Of a stretch of DNA of 60,713 nt, positions 45,940-57,858 are shown piece after piece; within the stretch, counting starts at the first letter, position 1, and each line of letters opens with the position of its first letter. The notes under the pieces are model-generated. The model did not search any database. It worked only from the letters and a program-made list of their open reading frames with translations, and had not been told where the DNA came from. The stretch spans positions 1 to 60,713 of the forward strand of contig JAUVJU010000001.1 of the NCBI GenBank assembly GCA_030592285.1. The letters run 5' to 3'. The position numbers and the translations under genes are program-made. This stretch comes from a candidate division WOR-3 bacterium (GTDB lineage Bacteria; Hydrothermota; 32-111).

Positions 45940-48900
45940 CTGCCTTTATGGGTAATACAATTCTAAATATTACTCCACCTTTTACATTCTCTACTTCAAA
46001 GTGGCCCGAATGCTCTTTAATGATATTATATGATATTGATAATCCTAAGCCCGTTCCTCCACTTTTTGTAGTAAAAAATGGAGTGAAAATATTTTCAATA
46101 ATATTTGATGGTATAAGGGGACCATTGTTGAATACTTCTATTTTACACAATTTACTATTTTGTGTTACCGTAACTTTTATTTTTCCTTTATCTTTTATTG
46201 CTTGATTTGCATTGAGAATAATATTTATAAAGACCTCAAGAATCTGCTCTTCATCTATCTCAATTTTCCTTATTTTATCAGGATAATTCAGATCAATAGT
46301 TATTTCTCTTGTTCTAAATTTATCTTTTGTGAGTTCAATTGCTCTTTCTATTACATGATCAATACACACCATTGAAAGTATTTTTATTTTGGATTTAGCA
46401 AAAGATGTCATATCATTCACTAATCTATCTAATCTTTTCACTTCTTTTATCACCAATTCAATGGATTGCTTTTTAATATCATCTTCTTCATTTAACTTCA
46501 TATGAAGAAATTCAAGTCCTGTTAATATTCCTGCAAGTGGATTCTTTATTTCATGAGCCATACCTGCTGCCATTTGTCCAAGTAATGCCAAATTTTCCTT
46601 TTCCTTTAATTCATGCTGCATTTTCTTGATCTCGCTTAAATCCTGAATAATACAAACAATATCAAATATCTTATCCCACTTAACAGGAGTTATGCTTATG
46701 CCACATGGAATACTATCCCTATTTTTCTTTATTAAAGTAATTTCCTGTCGCATCATAGATTTTGGTGCTTTAAGAACTTCAGATATCAATTTCCTATTAT
46801 CCTCAAATACTTCACTATATGATATATTAAAAACATCATTGTGTTCATATCCAGATATATTGGTAAATCCTTTGTTTATATGCTGAATTATACCACTTTT
46901 ATTAATATAAATAATTCCACTGGGAATATTATCCAAAATAATATCAGAAAGTTTTTTCCCAATCTCAATATCCATAAAATGCTCAAGAGCAATAATTGTG
47001 CTATTGGTAAGTATTTTCATAAGATTAACATCATTTTCATCAAATTCACCGTCAATCTTATTGTCAGCACAAAGTACTCCGATTACATTCCCCTTATAAA
47101 TCAATGGTATATTTACCAAACTCCTTACCTCATAAATACTGCTAATATCAAGCTTTTTGAAATACTTATTTTTATTTACATTATTTGCAATAACAGGTTT
47201 CCCTGAATTAACAACATGACCTGCAACACCTTCTCCAATAGCAATAGAACTACTTTGAAGCATACTTAGATTAATTCCTGCAAATGCCTTAAATACAAGA
47301 CGCTTATTCTCTACAAATAGCAAGGATGCATATTCTGTGTTAATAAGTTCCTTTGCAGCATTAACAATATAATGATAATATTCATCAAGATTTTTTATAT
47401 TTAATTGTGCTAATTTTTTTGTAATTGCACTTATACTGCTAAACTGTTTAAGCCGTTTTTCATTTTCATCAAATAATACAGCATTCTCAAGAGAAATGGA
47501 TAATTCGTTAATTATTGCAAGAAATGTTTCATCCGAGATTTTCAGATTCATTTCATTTTTATAAACAAGCATTATAATAATTTTTTCTTTTGAATTACTT
47601 ATCCTTAATCCTTTTATGAATTGAATATCATTAAAATATTTTTTTACAAATCTATGTTCTTCATTCATTTCAAATATTGTGTTTCCTGCATATTTTGGAA
47701 TCATTTTTTCTGGAATGATTTTACTATTTATAATCTTTCCACGCATTTCAATAGAATTATAAAATTCATTCTCAATACTATAATTATTATTTATCTTTTT
47801 AAAAAATAATACAGCATCTGCCTTTGAAATACTACCTAATGAACTTACTATGGCTCGTTTAAGGAATGTATAATTAATAATAGGTTTTATGCTTGTTGAC
47901 ATTTTATAAAGAGTAGATAATTGTGCTATTTTACCTTCCATTTGCATTTGTAAATGAAGATTTTTTATATATGTTGAAGAACTTGCTGCAATGATTTTAA
48001 CCATATCATAATTTTCCTGTGAAAATGAATTGGCACCACTCTTTGAAAATGTAAAAACACCCAATATCTCATTCTTGAATTTAACTGGAACACAAATAAC
48101 TGATTTTCTTTTAGCACCGAATATCTTTTTTAAATATGGATATTTCAATCCATATTTAAGAGAATCCTCAATAAATATTGTATCTTCACCAATGTTCTTG
48201 AAAAATGTATTATCAATATTGAAATCCATTTTCTTAAGCTTATCAACCCTTTTGCCTTTTACTGCAATAGATCTAAAAGTTTCGTAATCAAGATCCCTAA
48301 CAAACATAATGCTATTATCGGCATTAATTTCATTATCAATTATATTAAGCAGCCCTTGAAATGTTTTACTGAAATCTTTTGATTGAGATGTTAATCTTGA
48401 TATTTTCAGTGTAAGTTCAAGTTTTAGAAGATTTGCCTTCTTTTCTTCATAAATAACCGATTTATCAATGATATGTCCTGAATAATCTGCAATATCATTA
48501 ATAAATCCCTTAATATCTTTCTTTTTTAATGCTTTTTTCGATTCAAGAATAAAAAATCCCAATTTATTATTACCGGAAAAAATAGGAATAAATACAATCT
48601 CTTTTATACTTCTCTTTCCTAAAATATCATAGATAATACTCTTATCTTTAATAATAACAGGTTCATTTATTCCAATTTTACTAATTTTATTTATTATCCG
48701 TTTTGAATTCACAATAGAAATAGAATTAATTTTATTTGTTGCTGTTATTGAATATTTAATTATATTATTTTTAAAAGAATTATATGCAATGATATTTGAT
48801 AGATCAAGAGATTTTAAAATATACTTACATATTGATTCAATGACAAAATTTAATTCAAGGCTTTCAGATAATACAGAATTTAATTTATTTATTATTTTAT

Positions 48901-49933
48901 TTTTTCTCTGTGATGATTGAAAATCATCCTCAAGCTTTGTCTTTTCTGTTAAATCCTCAAGTAGAATAACAACACCAATTGGTTTTTGATTTTCAATAAG
49001 TGGATAACCAGTAAAATTTTGAACATATTCCTTGTTTATTCTTCTTGAATGTCTTCTTACTCCCAAAATCCTCTTTATTCTCTTTTTCTCAATAATATCC
49101 ACAAATGCCTTGTCCATTCCCAATTCTTTCAAATCCGGAAATATTTCAAACATATTCTTACCAATCAAATCTTTGGTAAATCGATATTTGTAACCCATAA
49201 ATTCATTAAATTGAATTAATTCAGCCTGCTTATTTAATACAACAATTCCCTGTCCAATTGAATCAAAAATAAGTTTTTGCATTTTCTTCAAACCATCAAT
49301 TTCTCTATTGTATGATTCTAACTCTCTTTTATCCTCAATTATTATAAGGTGCTTATTGTTCCATTTAATCAGTTTCATTGAAACAGGGAATGTATCACCT
49401 TTAGGGTTGTACATTTCCACATTCAAATAATCAGATTTATTCTTTTTAATCCCTTTTACTATAAGTTCAAGATATTCAGGAGGAAATAATTCAGTTAATA
49501 ATGCCTCCATGATATCTTCATGGGAATATCCATATCTTGAAAGAAAAACATTATTTACATAATCAATACTAAGATTATCATTAATGATCAGAATGGATTC
49601 TTTTATAGTATTTATCATATTTCCAAATATAAATAAATAATTTGCAAAACCTTCTGACATAGATTTATTATCTATGAATATATATCTGCTATTCTGCTCA
49701 AATATGAATACTGAAATTTCCGGTGAATAAATAATATTATTATTGATTTGATTATTTTTAATGATTAATTCTAAACTATTACTATTCTTTTCTGACAATA
49801 TATTCTTTTTAAATGCTTTTTGAGATAGAATATTGAATTTTAAATCAGTAATTATATAATTTGTATTTTCAATATTTAAGATGGAAAAGAATTCTTCAAA
49901 ATTATTTTTCAAAACATCCTCTTTAATTACCAA
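45920..49933 (-). CDS. multi-sensor (PAS/GAF) histidine kinase
   Basis: H-box MAAGMAHEIKNPL and G2 box GGTGLGLSISYNII. Several PAS- and GAF-like segments. 1337 aa. Confidence 0.88.
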   Translation of the reverse strand: MVIKEDVLKNNFEEFFSILNIENTNYIITDLKFNILSQKAFKKNILSEKNSNSLELIIKNNQINNNIIYSPEISVFIFEQNSRYIFIDNKSMSEGFANYLFIFGNMINTIKESILIINDNLSIDYVNNVFLSRYGYSHEDIMEALLTELFPPEYLELIVKGIKKNKSDYLNVEMYNPKGDTFPVSMKLIKWNNKHLIIIEDKRELESYNREIDGLKKMQKLIFDSIGQGIVVLNKQAELIQFNEFMGYKYRFTKDLIGKNMFEIFPDLKELGMDKAFVDIIEKKRIKRILGVRRHSRRINKEYVQNFTGYPLIENQKPIGVVILLEDLTEKTKLEDDFQSSQRKNKIINKLNSVLSESLELNFVIESICKYILKSLDLSNIIAYNSFKNNIIKYSITATNKINSISIVNSKRIINKISKIGINEPVIIKDKSIIYDILGKRSIKEIVFIPIFSGNNKLGFFILESKKALKKKDIKGFINDIADYSGHIIDKSVIYEEKKANLLKLELTLKISRLTSQSKDFSKTFQGLLNIIDNEINADNSIMFVRDLDYETFRSIAVKGKRVDKLKKMDFNIDNTFFKNIGEDTIFIEDSLKYGLKYPYLKKIFGAKRKSVICVPVKFKNEILGVFTFSKSGANSFSQENYDMVKIIAASSSTYIKNLHLQMQMEGKIAQLSTLYKMSTSIKPIINYTFLKRAIVSSLGSISKADAVLFFKKINNNYSIENEFYNSIEMRGKIINSKIIPEKMIPKYAGNTIFEMNEEHRFVKKYFNDIQFIKGLRISNSKEKIIIMLVYKNEMNLKISDETFLAIINELSISLENAVLFDENEKRLKQFSSISAITKKLAQLNIKNLDEYYHYIVNAAKELINTEYASLLFVENKRLVFKAFAGINLSMLQSSSIAIGEGVAGHVVNSGKPVIANNVNKNKYFKKLDISSIYEVRSLVNIPLIYKGNVIGVLCADNKIDGEFDENDVNLMKILTNSTIIALEHFMDIEIGKKLSDIILDNIPSGIIYINKSGIIQHINKGFTNISGYEHNDVFNISYSEVFEDNRKLISEVLKAPKSMMRQEITLIKKNRDSIPCGISITPVKWDKIFDIVCIIQDLSEIKKMQHELKEKENLALLGQMAAGMAHEIKNPLAGILTGLEFLHMKLNEEDDIKKQSIELVIKEVKRLDRLVNDMTSFAKSKIKILSMVCIDHVIERAIELTKDKFRTREITIDLNYPDKIRKIEIDEEQILEVFINIILNANQAIKDKGKIKVTVTQNSKLCKIEVFNNGPLIPSNIIENIFTPFFTTKSGGTGLGLSISYNIIKEHSGHFEVENVKGGVIFRIVLPIKADENGEE

Positions 49934-50180
49934 TTATCTGTTTTAAATGTGCATCAGCTAAAGTAAAAGATTTATCAAGTTTAAGTACTTTCTCAAAACA
50001 TTGTTTTGCATTATCAAGATCATTAATACTTTCATACACAATACCTAGATTGAAAAATAATTCAGCATCATTAGGATAATGCTTTATTCCTTCCAAATAG
50101 ATCTCAATTGCCTTATCATATTTTTGATTAAGGAAATAAAATTTAGCGGTTTCTAATACAGATTCTTTTTTTTCTTCCAT
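49923..50180 (-). CDS. small TPR protein
   Basis: 85 aa with two TPR-like repeats (AIEIYLEGIKHYPNDAELFFNLGIVYE..). Confidence 0.55.
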   Translation of the reverse strand: MEEKKESVLETAKFYFLNQKYDKAIEIYLEGIKHYPNDAELFFNLGIVYESINDLDNAKQCFEKVLKLDKSFTLADAHLKQIIGN

Positions 50181-50192
50181 TTTACTATTGTA

Positions 50193-50891
50193 TTACAATT
50201 TCCTTATAATTTCAAGATTTTTCTTTTCTCCAATAATTATTAAAATATCACCTTTAATAATAATTTCTTCCGGCTTTGGTGATATTATTGTTTTTTCATT
50301 AAAAGAAGAAAGGCTGTTTTCAGATATTGTCGGGGTTTTTCTCTTTAAAGCAATAACATTTATATTGTATTTTTTTCTAAGATCCAGCTCTGCTAATGTT
50401 TTTTCTACAAATATGTCAGGAGTTCTTATTTCCATTAAAGAATGTGTTTCTGAAAAATCAATTATATCAAAAATATTCTTTGAAACAAGTCTTTCAGCTA
50501 ATCTCTTGCCTGATTCCCTTTCAGGATAAATTACTGAATCTACAGATAATTTGCTTAATACAGCCCCATGTCTTGTATCTATTGCTTTTGCAATAACTCT
50601 TTCAATCTTTAGATCATTTTTAAGATATGAACAGATAAGGATACTTGATGCAATATCTTCCCCTACTGCAACAACAGCAATTTCTACATCCTGCATTCCA
50701 ATTTCTCTTAAACTGGATTCATTAGTTGCATTAAGCTGCACTGCATGGTTAACTATATTAGATATTTCATTCACTCTATCTTCATCCTTATCTATTGCAA
50801 TAACATCCATTCCCATTTCAGCTAATTTTTCGGCAACGGACTGCCCAAATCTTCCAAGGCCAATAACCGCAAATAATGGATTGGGTTTCAT
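50193..50891 (-). CDS. trkA: K+ uptake system NAD-binding subunit (TrkA/KtrA)
   Basis: Rossmann motif VIGLGRFGQSVA, and an RCK C-terminal domain. Confidence 0.88.
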   Translation of the reverse strand: MKPNPLFAVIGLGRFGQSVAEKLAEMGMDVIAIDKDEDRVNEISNIVNHAVQLNATNESSLREIGMQDVEIAVVAVGEDIASSILICSYLKNDLKIERVIAKAIDTRHGAVLSKLSVDSVIYPERESGKRLAERLVSKNIFDIIDFSETHSLMEIRTPDIFVEKTLAELDLRKKYNINVIALKRKTPTISENSLSSFNEKTIISPKPEEIIIKGDILIIIGEKKNLEIIRKL

Positions 50892-50899
50892 TTTTCCTC

Positions 50900-52252
50900 C
50901 TATCCTACTATAATTTTAGTTTTAGGATATTTAACAGTTTCTTTTCTTGTTTTTAATATAAAAGCATTTGCAGCAGTCATAATACCAACTCGTCCTGTAA
51001 ACATTATAATTATTATAATTATTTTACCTAAGTTTGTAAAGTCGCCTGACAAACTGTAATTATTTCCAGTTCCTGATCCAAAAGATAAGCCCACAGTGCC
51101 GTATGCTGAAAACACTTCAAACATTATACTGAAAAATGATTTACTTTCTGATAACAGCAGTAAAAATACACCAAAGAAAATAACAATTATTGAAAGTGAA
51201 AATATAAAAAATGATTTTAAAATAACAATATCAGATATTCGTTTAAAGAATATATTGACATTGTTTTTCCCTCTGATTTTCTCAAACATACTGTACATAA
51301 CTGTAAATATTGTAGTTGTTTTTACACCACCAGCAGTTCCACCAGGTGATCCGCCAATAAACATTAAAATCATAAAAAGGAAAAGGGTTGGAAGTTGTAG
51401 TCCGGAAATATTCAGTGTATTAAATCCTGCTGTTCTTGGTGTTACAATTTGAAAAAATGAAGTAGCCAATTTATCAATTAATGATAAATTCTGAAGTGCA
51501 TTATTCCTTTCAATGAAAATAAATAGTATAAAAGGAATTATAATTAAACATAATGTAACTATTCCAACAATTTTTGTATGTACGGAAAGACCATCCTTTC
51601 CACGGGTTTTCACGTATCTATGAATACTGCCTAAGGCAATAAATCCAAATCCGCCAATAATTATCATTAATGCAATAACAATATTTACATATACATCTTC
51701 TTTAAATACTATCAAATTCTGTGAAAAAATACTAAAGCCGGCATTACAAAAAGCACTTACAGAATGAAAGATAGAAAACCAAAGTGATTTCCAAAAATCA
51801 TTGAAAAGTGCATTCATTTTTGGGAAAAGTAAAATAGCTCCAATTAATTCAGAAGTTAATGTAAATATTATGATCTTAATAACAAAACTTTTTATATCCT
51901 TTATTGTAAATCTTTGAAATTCATCCTGAGATGCATATCTCTCAAAACCCGATAACTTTTTATTGATCAGAACCATAAGAGCAGTACTTATTGTCATGTA
52001 ACCCAATCCTCCCAGCTGCAGTAGAAAAAGAATAATCAATTTTCCAAAGGGAGAAAATGCAAATTGTGTATCCGTAACAATAAGACCTGTTACACATACT
52101 GCAGAGGTAGATGTAAATAAGGCATCAATGAATGATATATTCACTGAACCACTAGTTGCTATTGGTAAAGTAAGGAATAAAGTACCAATAAGTATAATTG
52201 TTAAATAACCAACAAGGATTATTTTTTCCGGATGAGAATAATCTTTTAACAT
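50900..52252 (-). CDS. trkH: K+ transporter TrkH/KtrB family
   Basis: Polytopic membrane protein, RTAGFNT motif. I prefer ATG 52252; the TTG-started ORF to 52288 would overlap lon by 32 nt. Confidence 0.85.
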   Translation of the reverse strand: MLKDYSHPEKIILVGYLTIILIGTLFLTLPIATSGSVNISFIDALFTSTSAVCVTGLIVTDTQFAFSPFGKLIILFLLQLGGLGYMTISTALMVLINKKLSGFERYASQDEFQRFTIKDIKSFVIKIIIFTLTSELIGAILLFPKMNALFNDFWKSLWFSIFHSVSAFCNAGFSIFSQNLIVFKEDVYVNIVIALMIIIGGFGFIALGSIHRYVKTRGKDGLSVHTKIVGIVTLCLIIIPFILFIFIERNNALQNLSLIDKLATSFFQIVTPRTAGFNTLNISGLQLPTLFLFMILMFIGGSPGGTAGGVKTTTIFTVMYSMFEKIRGKNNVNIFFKRISDIVILKSFFIFSLSIIVIFFGVFLLLLSESKSFFSIMFEVFSAYGTVGLSFGSGTGNNYSLSGDFTNLGKIIIIIIMFTGRVGIMTAANAFILKTRKETVKYPKTKIIVG

Positions 52253-52256
52253 AATA

Positions 52257-54560
52257 TTAATTAAATAATAATTTGACTGCGTCGTCAATAGTTTTAATAA
52301 AGAAAATTTTTATTTTTTTCTTTGATTCTTTTGGAAGATGATCATATAAGGGCTTATTATCATAAGGAATTATTACATTTTCTATGCCCATTGACTGAGC
52401 TGCAACAATCTTTTCTGCTAATCCGCCAATTGGTAAAATAATCCCATTAAGAGATATTTCTCCTGTCATTGCAAAACTCCTTTTAACAGATTTCTTAAGT
52501 AATGATGAGTAAAGCGAGACCGCAATTGTTATTCCGGCAGAAGGACCATCTTTTGGTATTGCTCCTTCAAGTAAGTGAATGTGAATATCACTTTTTTTGT
52601 GAAAATCTGGATCAATCTTATACTTATCAGCGAATTTTCTGATATATGAAATCGCTGTTTTTGCGGATTCCTTTAATACATCTCCCAATTGCCCTGTTAG
52701 ATGAATCTTTCCTGTTCCTGGAACTATCAATGTTTCTACTGTAAGTACAGTACCCCCAAACTGAGTCCAGGCAAGACCATTAACAAGTCCTGGAATATTC
52801 TTTTTATTTTTCAATCCTCCTCGTTTTATTGAAGGACCAAGATATGAAGAAAGATTTTTTCCATTAATAATTCTTTTTCTTTTCAATTTTCCACTTGCTT
52901 TTCCTTTTGCTACTTTTCTCATTATCTTATTAATACTTTTTTCTAGATTCCTCACTCCTGCTTCCAGTACATAATCTCTTAAAATCACTTTAATTGCTTC
53001 ATCTTTTATTTCAATATCTTTTCTTATTAATCCTGTATTTTTAAGACTTTTCGGAATTAAAAATTTCTTAGATATCTTTTGTTTTTCATAATCCGGATAA
53101 CCGGGTAAATTAATAATCTCCATTCTATCTCTAAGTGCAGGTGGAATAGTATGGATTATATTTGCAGTACAGATAAATAGTACATCGGATAAATTGTATT
53201 CTACTTCAAGATAATGATCCATAAAACTATGATTGAGTTGCGGATCCAAGACCTCAAGAAGAGCACTGGCTGGATCCCCTTTAAAATCAGAGCCCAATTT
53301 ATCCACTTCATCCAGCATAAATACCGGATTGATCACATTTGCTCTTCTCATCATTTGAATGATTTTTCCGGGAAGCGAACCAATATATGTTTTTCTATGC
53401 CCCCTGATTTCTGCTTCATCGCGTATACCACCAAGAGAAATCCTAACAAATTCCCTTCCCATTGATTCAGCTATTGATTGTCCAAGTGATGTTTTTCCTA
53501 CTCCTGGAGGACCAACAAAACAAATGATCTGTCCTTTTATCTTTCCTGTTAATTTCATTACAGAAAGAAATTCTAATACCCGTTCCTTTATTGTATTTAA
53601 ACCATAATGATTTCTATGCAATATTTTTTCAGCAAGATTAATATTGAGATTGTCGCTTGTTGTTTTATACCATGGAATATTGATGATCCAATCAAGGTAA
53701 TTTCTTATAACTGTTGACTCAGGAGAGGTTGGTGCCATTGTTGATAATTTATTTAGTTCGCGCAATGCTTTTTCTTGTGCATATTCGGGAAGATTTGCTT
53801 CTTCTATCTTTTCTTTCAATGCTTCGCTTTCATCAATTACATTATTTGAATAACCAATTTCTCTTTTTATAACTTTTAATTGTTCATTCAAAAAATAATT
53901 TTTCTGATTTTTAGCAATACTTTTTTGTACTTCTAAGGCAATTTTTTCCTTTTCACGCATAATTAATAAACAACTTTCAGCCAATTTAATTACTTGGTTT
54001 ATTCGCTTATCTATATTCATCATTACCATTATGCTCAATTTATCCTTATTATCTGCAGGAAGAACAGATAATAATAATTCAGATAAATTAAATGGATTAT
54101 CCATAATATTCATTGCCATTATAAATTCAACGGGGATATCTCCTTTTAAATATTTAATAATTTCTTTCCCCTTTTTCCTCATAATTTCAATAAAAGCTTT
54201 CTCTCTTATTTGTTTGGAAATACTGCCAAATTCAATTAGATTTACTTTAACTCTATAATAACCATGATAATCAATTTCCTTTTTGATCTTAATATATCTA
54301 AGCGGAAATAATACTAATTTTGCGGTATCTTCTCCTAATATATCAATATTCTCAACTTTGCATACAAATCCATCAATTAATTTTGAATCAATGAATTTTA
54401 CTACAATATGGTCTCCTGCCTTTAATTGGGCTTTTTTGAATGGAAAAAACTGCTTAGTTAAAATAATAGTGTTTAATGTGGATGGAATTATTATATTAAC
54501 ATCAGGACTATTTTTAATATCAATAAGAATATGCAGTTTATTTATGTTTATTGTTTCCAT
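52257..54560 (-). CDS. lon: ATP-dependent Lon protease
   Basis: Walker A GPPGVGKTS and catalytic PKDGPSAG. 767 aa. Confidence 0.93.
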   Translation of the reverse strand: METININKLHILIDIKNSPDVNIIIPSTLNTIILTKQFFPFKKAQLKAGDHIVVKFIDSKLIDGFVCKVENIDILGEDTAKLVLFPLRYIKIKKEIDYHGYYRVKVNLIEFGSISKQIREKAFIEIMRKKGKEIIKYLKGDIPVEFIMAMNIMDNPFNLSELLLSVLPADNKDKLSIMVMMNIDKRINQVIKLAESCLLIMREKEKIALEVQKSIAKNQKNYFLNEQLKVIKREIGYSNNVIDESEALKEKIEEANLPEYAQEKALRELNKLSTMAPTSPESTVIRNYLDWIINIPWYKTTSDNLNINLAEKILHRNHYGLNTIKERVLEFLSVMKLTGKIKGQIICFVGPPGVGKTSLGQSIAESMGREFVRISLGGIRDEAEIRGHRKTYIGSLPGKIIQMMRRANVINPVFMLDEVDKLGSDFKGDPASALLEVLDPQLNHSFMDHYLEVEYNLSDVLFICTANIIHTIPPALRDRMEIINLPGYPDYEKQKISKKFLIPKSLKNTGLIRKDIEIKDEAIKVILRDYVLEAGVRNLEKSINKIMRKVAKGKASGKLKRKRIINGKNLSSYLGPSIKRGGLKNKKNIPGLVNGLAWTQFGGTVLTVETLIVPGTGKIHLTGQLGDVLKESAKTAISYIRKFADKYKIDPDFHKKSDIHIHLLEGAIPKDGPSAGITIAVSLYSSLLKKSVKRSFAMTGEISLNGIILPIGGLAEKIVAAQSMGIENVIIPYDNKPLYDHLPKESKKKIKIFFIKTIDDAVKLLFN

Positions 54561-54561
54561 T

Positions 54562-55755
54562 TTATTCCTCTTCTATTACAGGCTTATTGCCTTTTTCAAA
54601 TGATTTTCTATTAATAGTTACTTTCCTTACTCTCTTATTATCAGGCAATTCAAACATTAGATCATTCATATAATTCTCTAAAAGAGTTCTCAGTCCCCTT
54701 GCACCTGTTTTCATTTTTATTGCCTCTTCAGCAATAAAATCAATACAATCATCTTTAAAATTCAATTCAACACCATCAATTTTTAATAATTCCTTATACT
54801 GCTTTAAAATTGCATTCTCTGGTTCAGTTAAAATTCTTTTTAATTCATCCTTTTTTAGTTCAGATAATGGAGCAAAAACATGCATTCTTCCTACAAATTC
54901 AGGGATCAAACCATAATGAACAAAATCCCTTGGTCTTGCTTTTTTAAACATTTCCTTTGTTTTCTTCTCATTGTTTCCATTAAAGCCAATGTTTTTCTTT
55001 CCCGTTCTTCTCATAATGATCTCTTCTAATCCATTAAAGGCACCACCTGCAATAAAAAGAATATTTTTTGTATTTAATTGAGTGTATTTCTGTTCAGGAT
55101 GCTTGCGTCCCCCCTGAGGAGGAATATTCGCAACTGTACCTTCTAATATTTTAAGAAGTGCCTGCTGCACTCCCTCTCCAGACACATCCCTTGTGATTGA
55201 TGGATTATCAGCATTTTTATTGCCGATTTTATCAATTTCATCAATATATACTATTCCCATTTCGGCTTTCTTTTTATCACCATTAGCTGCAATTATTAAT
55301 CTTAGAAGAATATTTTCCACATCTTCTCCAACATAACCCGCTTCTGTAAGAGATGTAGCATCGGAAATTGAAAAAGGCACATGAAGGATCTTTGCAAGTG
55401 TTACTGCAATTAATGTTTTACCAACACCAGTAGGACCATAAAGCAGAATATTGGATTTTTCAAGTATTTCTGATGTGGAATATTTCACTCTTTTATAATG
55501 ATTATACACACCAACAGAAACAATCTTCTTTGCATATTCCTGTCCAATAATATATTTATCAAGTTCCTTCTTCATTTGTGAAGGTGTAGGGATCTCATTT
55601 AAAATATTTTCATTATCTTTTTCTAAATCATTTTTTCCATCTACAGCCATAAAATCCATTAATTTAATTGCACATTTTTCACATAATACCTTATTATTAA
55701 TAGGAAGATTAGGAATTTTTACTCTTTCTCCGCAAAAAAAGCACTTATTTTGCAT
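54562..55755 (-). CDS. clpX: ATP-dependent Clp protease ATP-binding subunit ClpX
   Basis: Zinc ribbon CFFCGE...CEKC, Walker [15 protein letters not shown]. Confidence 0.95.
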   Translation of the reverse strand: MQNKCFFCGERVKIPNLPINNKVLCEKCAIKLMDFMAVDGKNDLEKDNENILNEIPTPSQMKKELDKYIIGQEYAKKIVSVGVYNHYKRVKYSTSEILEKSNILLYGPTGVGKTLIAVTLAKILHVPFSISDATSLTEAGYVGEDVENILLRLIIAANGDKKKAEMGIVYIDEIDKIGNKNADNPSITRDVSGEGVQQALLKILEGTVANIPPQGGRKHPEQKYTQLNTKNILFIAGGAFNGLEEIIMRRTGKKNIGFNGNNEKKTKEMFKKARPRDFVHYGLIPEFVGRMHVFAPLSELKKDELKRILTEPENAILKQYKELLKIDGVELNFKDDCIDFIAEEAIKMKTGARGLRTLLENYMNDLMFELPDNKRVRKVTINRKSFEKGNKPVIEEE

Positions 55756-56341
55756 TCTTTTTCCCAGCAGTGATCACGGAATCAATTAATCCATATTTTA
55801 TTGATTCTTTTGCATTCATCCAGAAATCCCTGTCAGAATCCAAAGCAATTTTTTCTCTTGTTTGACCAGTATGTTTTGAAAGAATATCTATTAAGGTTTC
55901 ACGCGTTTTAAGGATTTCCTTTGCCTGTATCTCAATATCAGATGCCTGCCCCTGTGCACCACCCATTGGTTGATGAAGAAGCGTTTTTGCATGTGGAAGA
56001 GTAAATCTTTTGCCTTTTTCCCCTGCAGTAAGAATTACTGCAGCCATTGATGCAGCCATACCCATACAAATAGTTGATATGGGACATTTAATATACTGCA
56101 TTGTATCATAAATTGCCAAGCCGCCTGTTACACTGCCACCGGGGGAATTGATATACAAATTGATTTCCTTTTCAGCATCTTCTGCCTCCAAAAACAACAT
56201 TTGTGCAATTATAAGATTTGCAATTTCATCATTAATAGGACTTCCAAGAAATATAATTCTATCTACCAGTAATCTGGAATATATATCATATCCTCTTTCA
56301 CCCCTTCCTGTTTTTTCAACTACCATTGGTATCAGAGGCAT
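55745..56341 (-). CDS. clpP: ATP-dependent Clp protease proteolytic subunit
   Basis: [25 protein letters not shown] and GMAASMAA (catalytic Ser). Confidence 0.95.
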   Translation of the reverse strand: MPLIPMVVEKTGRGERGYDIYSRLLVDRIIFLGSPINDEIANLIIAQMLFLEAEDAEKEINLYINSPGGSVTGGLAIYDTMQYIKCPISTICMGMAASMAAVILTAGEKGKRFTLPHAKTLLHQPMGGAQGQASDIEIQAKEILKTRETLIDILSKHTGQTREKIALDSDRDFWMNAKESIKYGLIDSVITAGKKNAK

Positions 56342-57602
56342 TTTTATCTCCTTTATTTTCAGTATTTGCTTTTATCGTAACTTTTTCAGAAAGAAAATTC
56401 ATTGCTTTATCATACAATCTATTAATTTTCACATTATCCTTAATATCTTCTTTTTCTGCATAATCCCTAACTTTCTTATCAGGATGCTTTTTCATTTTTT
56501 TAATCTCTTCTTCAATTTCCTTATCATCAACTAATATCTTTTCCTGCTTTATCAGTGTATTTAATATGATCTCTCTTTTTGCTCTCCATTCTGCATATGG
56601 TTTATATATTGCTTTCATTTTATCATCCAGCTTATTTTCATCCTTTCCGCCCATTCCCGTAACAATAGATTTCATATGTGCATTAACAAGCGATGCAGGA
56701 ACATTGAATTTATTTTTCTCAATTAGATCATTAAAAAGATTTTCTTCCTTTTTCGCCTTAAAATCCCTGTCAAATTCATTTTGTAGATTATTCTTCACTG
56801 CTGTTTTCACCTGTTCCATGTTTTTCATACCAAAATTAGTGGCAAATTCATCATTCATTTCTGGAAGAGTTCTTGTAAATGTCTTTTTTATAAGCAAATT
56901 GAATCTTACTTTTTTATTCCTTAATTTTTCATCCTGAAAATCATCTGCATATGTGTAATCAACATTAATAATATCTTCATTCTTTTTGCCAATTAAAGCA
57001 TTGGTAATCTCAGGATAAACAACCTTACCATTCAATTCAACTGAATAATCATTAATACTTAATTCCTCCATCTCTTTATCTTTATCATCAAACACCTTGA
57101 AATCTACTAATGCAACATCATTTTCCATTAATTCATCTTTCTTTTCATCCATTTTTGCATAATTCTTTCTAACTTTTTCAATTTCAGTATTCAACATGTC
57201 ATCATTAACTTCCTTTTTCTCTACATCAAGTTCAATTGAATCATAACCCTTTATTTCAATCTTTGGCATGGAATCAAATATTATTGTGATTATAACTTCA
57301 TCATTTTCTTTTTTAACATCAGTAACCATTGGCTGAGTTATTGGATGCAGTTCTTCATTTTCCTTTAAGATCTCTGAATACTTTTCTGGTAATATTCTGC
57401 TGATTGTTTCACTTTCAACATCATGTGAATATTTCTTTTCTATTAAGGATTTTGGGGCTTTACCAGGTCTAAAACCGGGAATATTTGATTGTTTCCTGAA
57501 AAGATTCATTACTTGGCTGTACTCTGTATCAAATTTCTTTTTATCAATATTCATGACTAAGGTTGTATTCCAATGTTCATTTGTTTTAATATCATACTTC
57601 AT
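56316..57602 (-). CDS. tig: trigger factor
   Basis: [10 protein letters not shown] ribosome-binding motif, 428 aa, upstream of clpP-clpX-lon. Confidence 0.9.
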   Translation of the reverse strand: MKYDIKTNEHWNTTLVMNIDKKKFDTEYSQVMNLFRKQSNIPGFRPGKAPKSLIEKKYSHDVESETISRILPEKYSEILKENEELHPITQPMVTDVKKENDEVIITIIFDSMPKIEIKGYDSIELDVEKKEVNDDMLNTEIEKVRKNYAKMDEKKDELMENDVALVDFKVFDDKDKEMEELSINDYSVELNGKVVYPEITNALIGKKNEDIINVDYTYADDFQDEKLRNKKVRFNLLIKKTFTRTLPEMNDEFATNFGMKNMEQVKTAVKNNLQNEFDRDFKAKKEENLFNDLIEKNKFNVPASLVNAHMKSIVTGMGGKDENKLDDKMKAIYKPYAEWRAKREIILNTLIKQEKILVDDKEIEEEIKKMKKHPDKKVRDYAEKEDIKDNVKINRLYDKAMNFLSEKVTIKANTENKGDKNASDTNGS

Positions 57603-57623
57603 TAACTACTCCTTTATTGTTTA

Positions 57624-57705
57624 TGCGAAAGGGGGGACTCGAACCCCCACGGGATTAACCACCGGATCCTAAATCCGACGCGTCTGCCAATTCCGCCACT
57701 CTCGC
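57624..57705 (-). tRNA. tRNA-Leu (anticodon UAG), class II with a long variable arm
   Basis: The minus strand folds as GCGAGAG TG GCGG..CGC G TCGGA-TTTAGGA-TCCGG TGGTTAATCCCGTG GGGGG-TTCGAGT-CCCCC CTTTCGC A. 82 nt. Confidence 0.9.
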
Positions 57706-57716
57706 TTGAATTCTTT

Positions 57717-57744
57717 ATATTATATTATATTGTATTTATGTCAA
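57717..57744 (-). promoter_or_regulatory. candidate promoter for tRNA-Leu/tig (TTGACA-16-TAATAT)
   Basis: The minus strand reads TTGACA (57744-57739), a 16-nt spacer, then TAATAT (57722-57717), about 12 nt before the tRNA 5' end. The TA-repeat context makes the -10 register ambiguous. Confidence 0.35.
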
Positions 57745-57838
57745 CACTTAATAGCAAAGTATTTAATCACTAATAAAAAATGTCCTTTTATTGGTATAGG
57801 TCAAAACCTGTTCTTAATATTCCCACATTTTTTTGTAT

Positions 57839-57858
57839 GGGCGGTTCGTGAACCGCCC
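57839..57858. repeat. GC-rich hairpin GGGCGGTT-CGTG-AACCGCCC
   Basis: Perfect 8-bp stem with the same GGGC...GCCC ends as the hairpins at 14098 and 59830, but no CTAC tail. Confidence 0.65.
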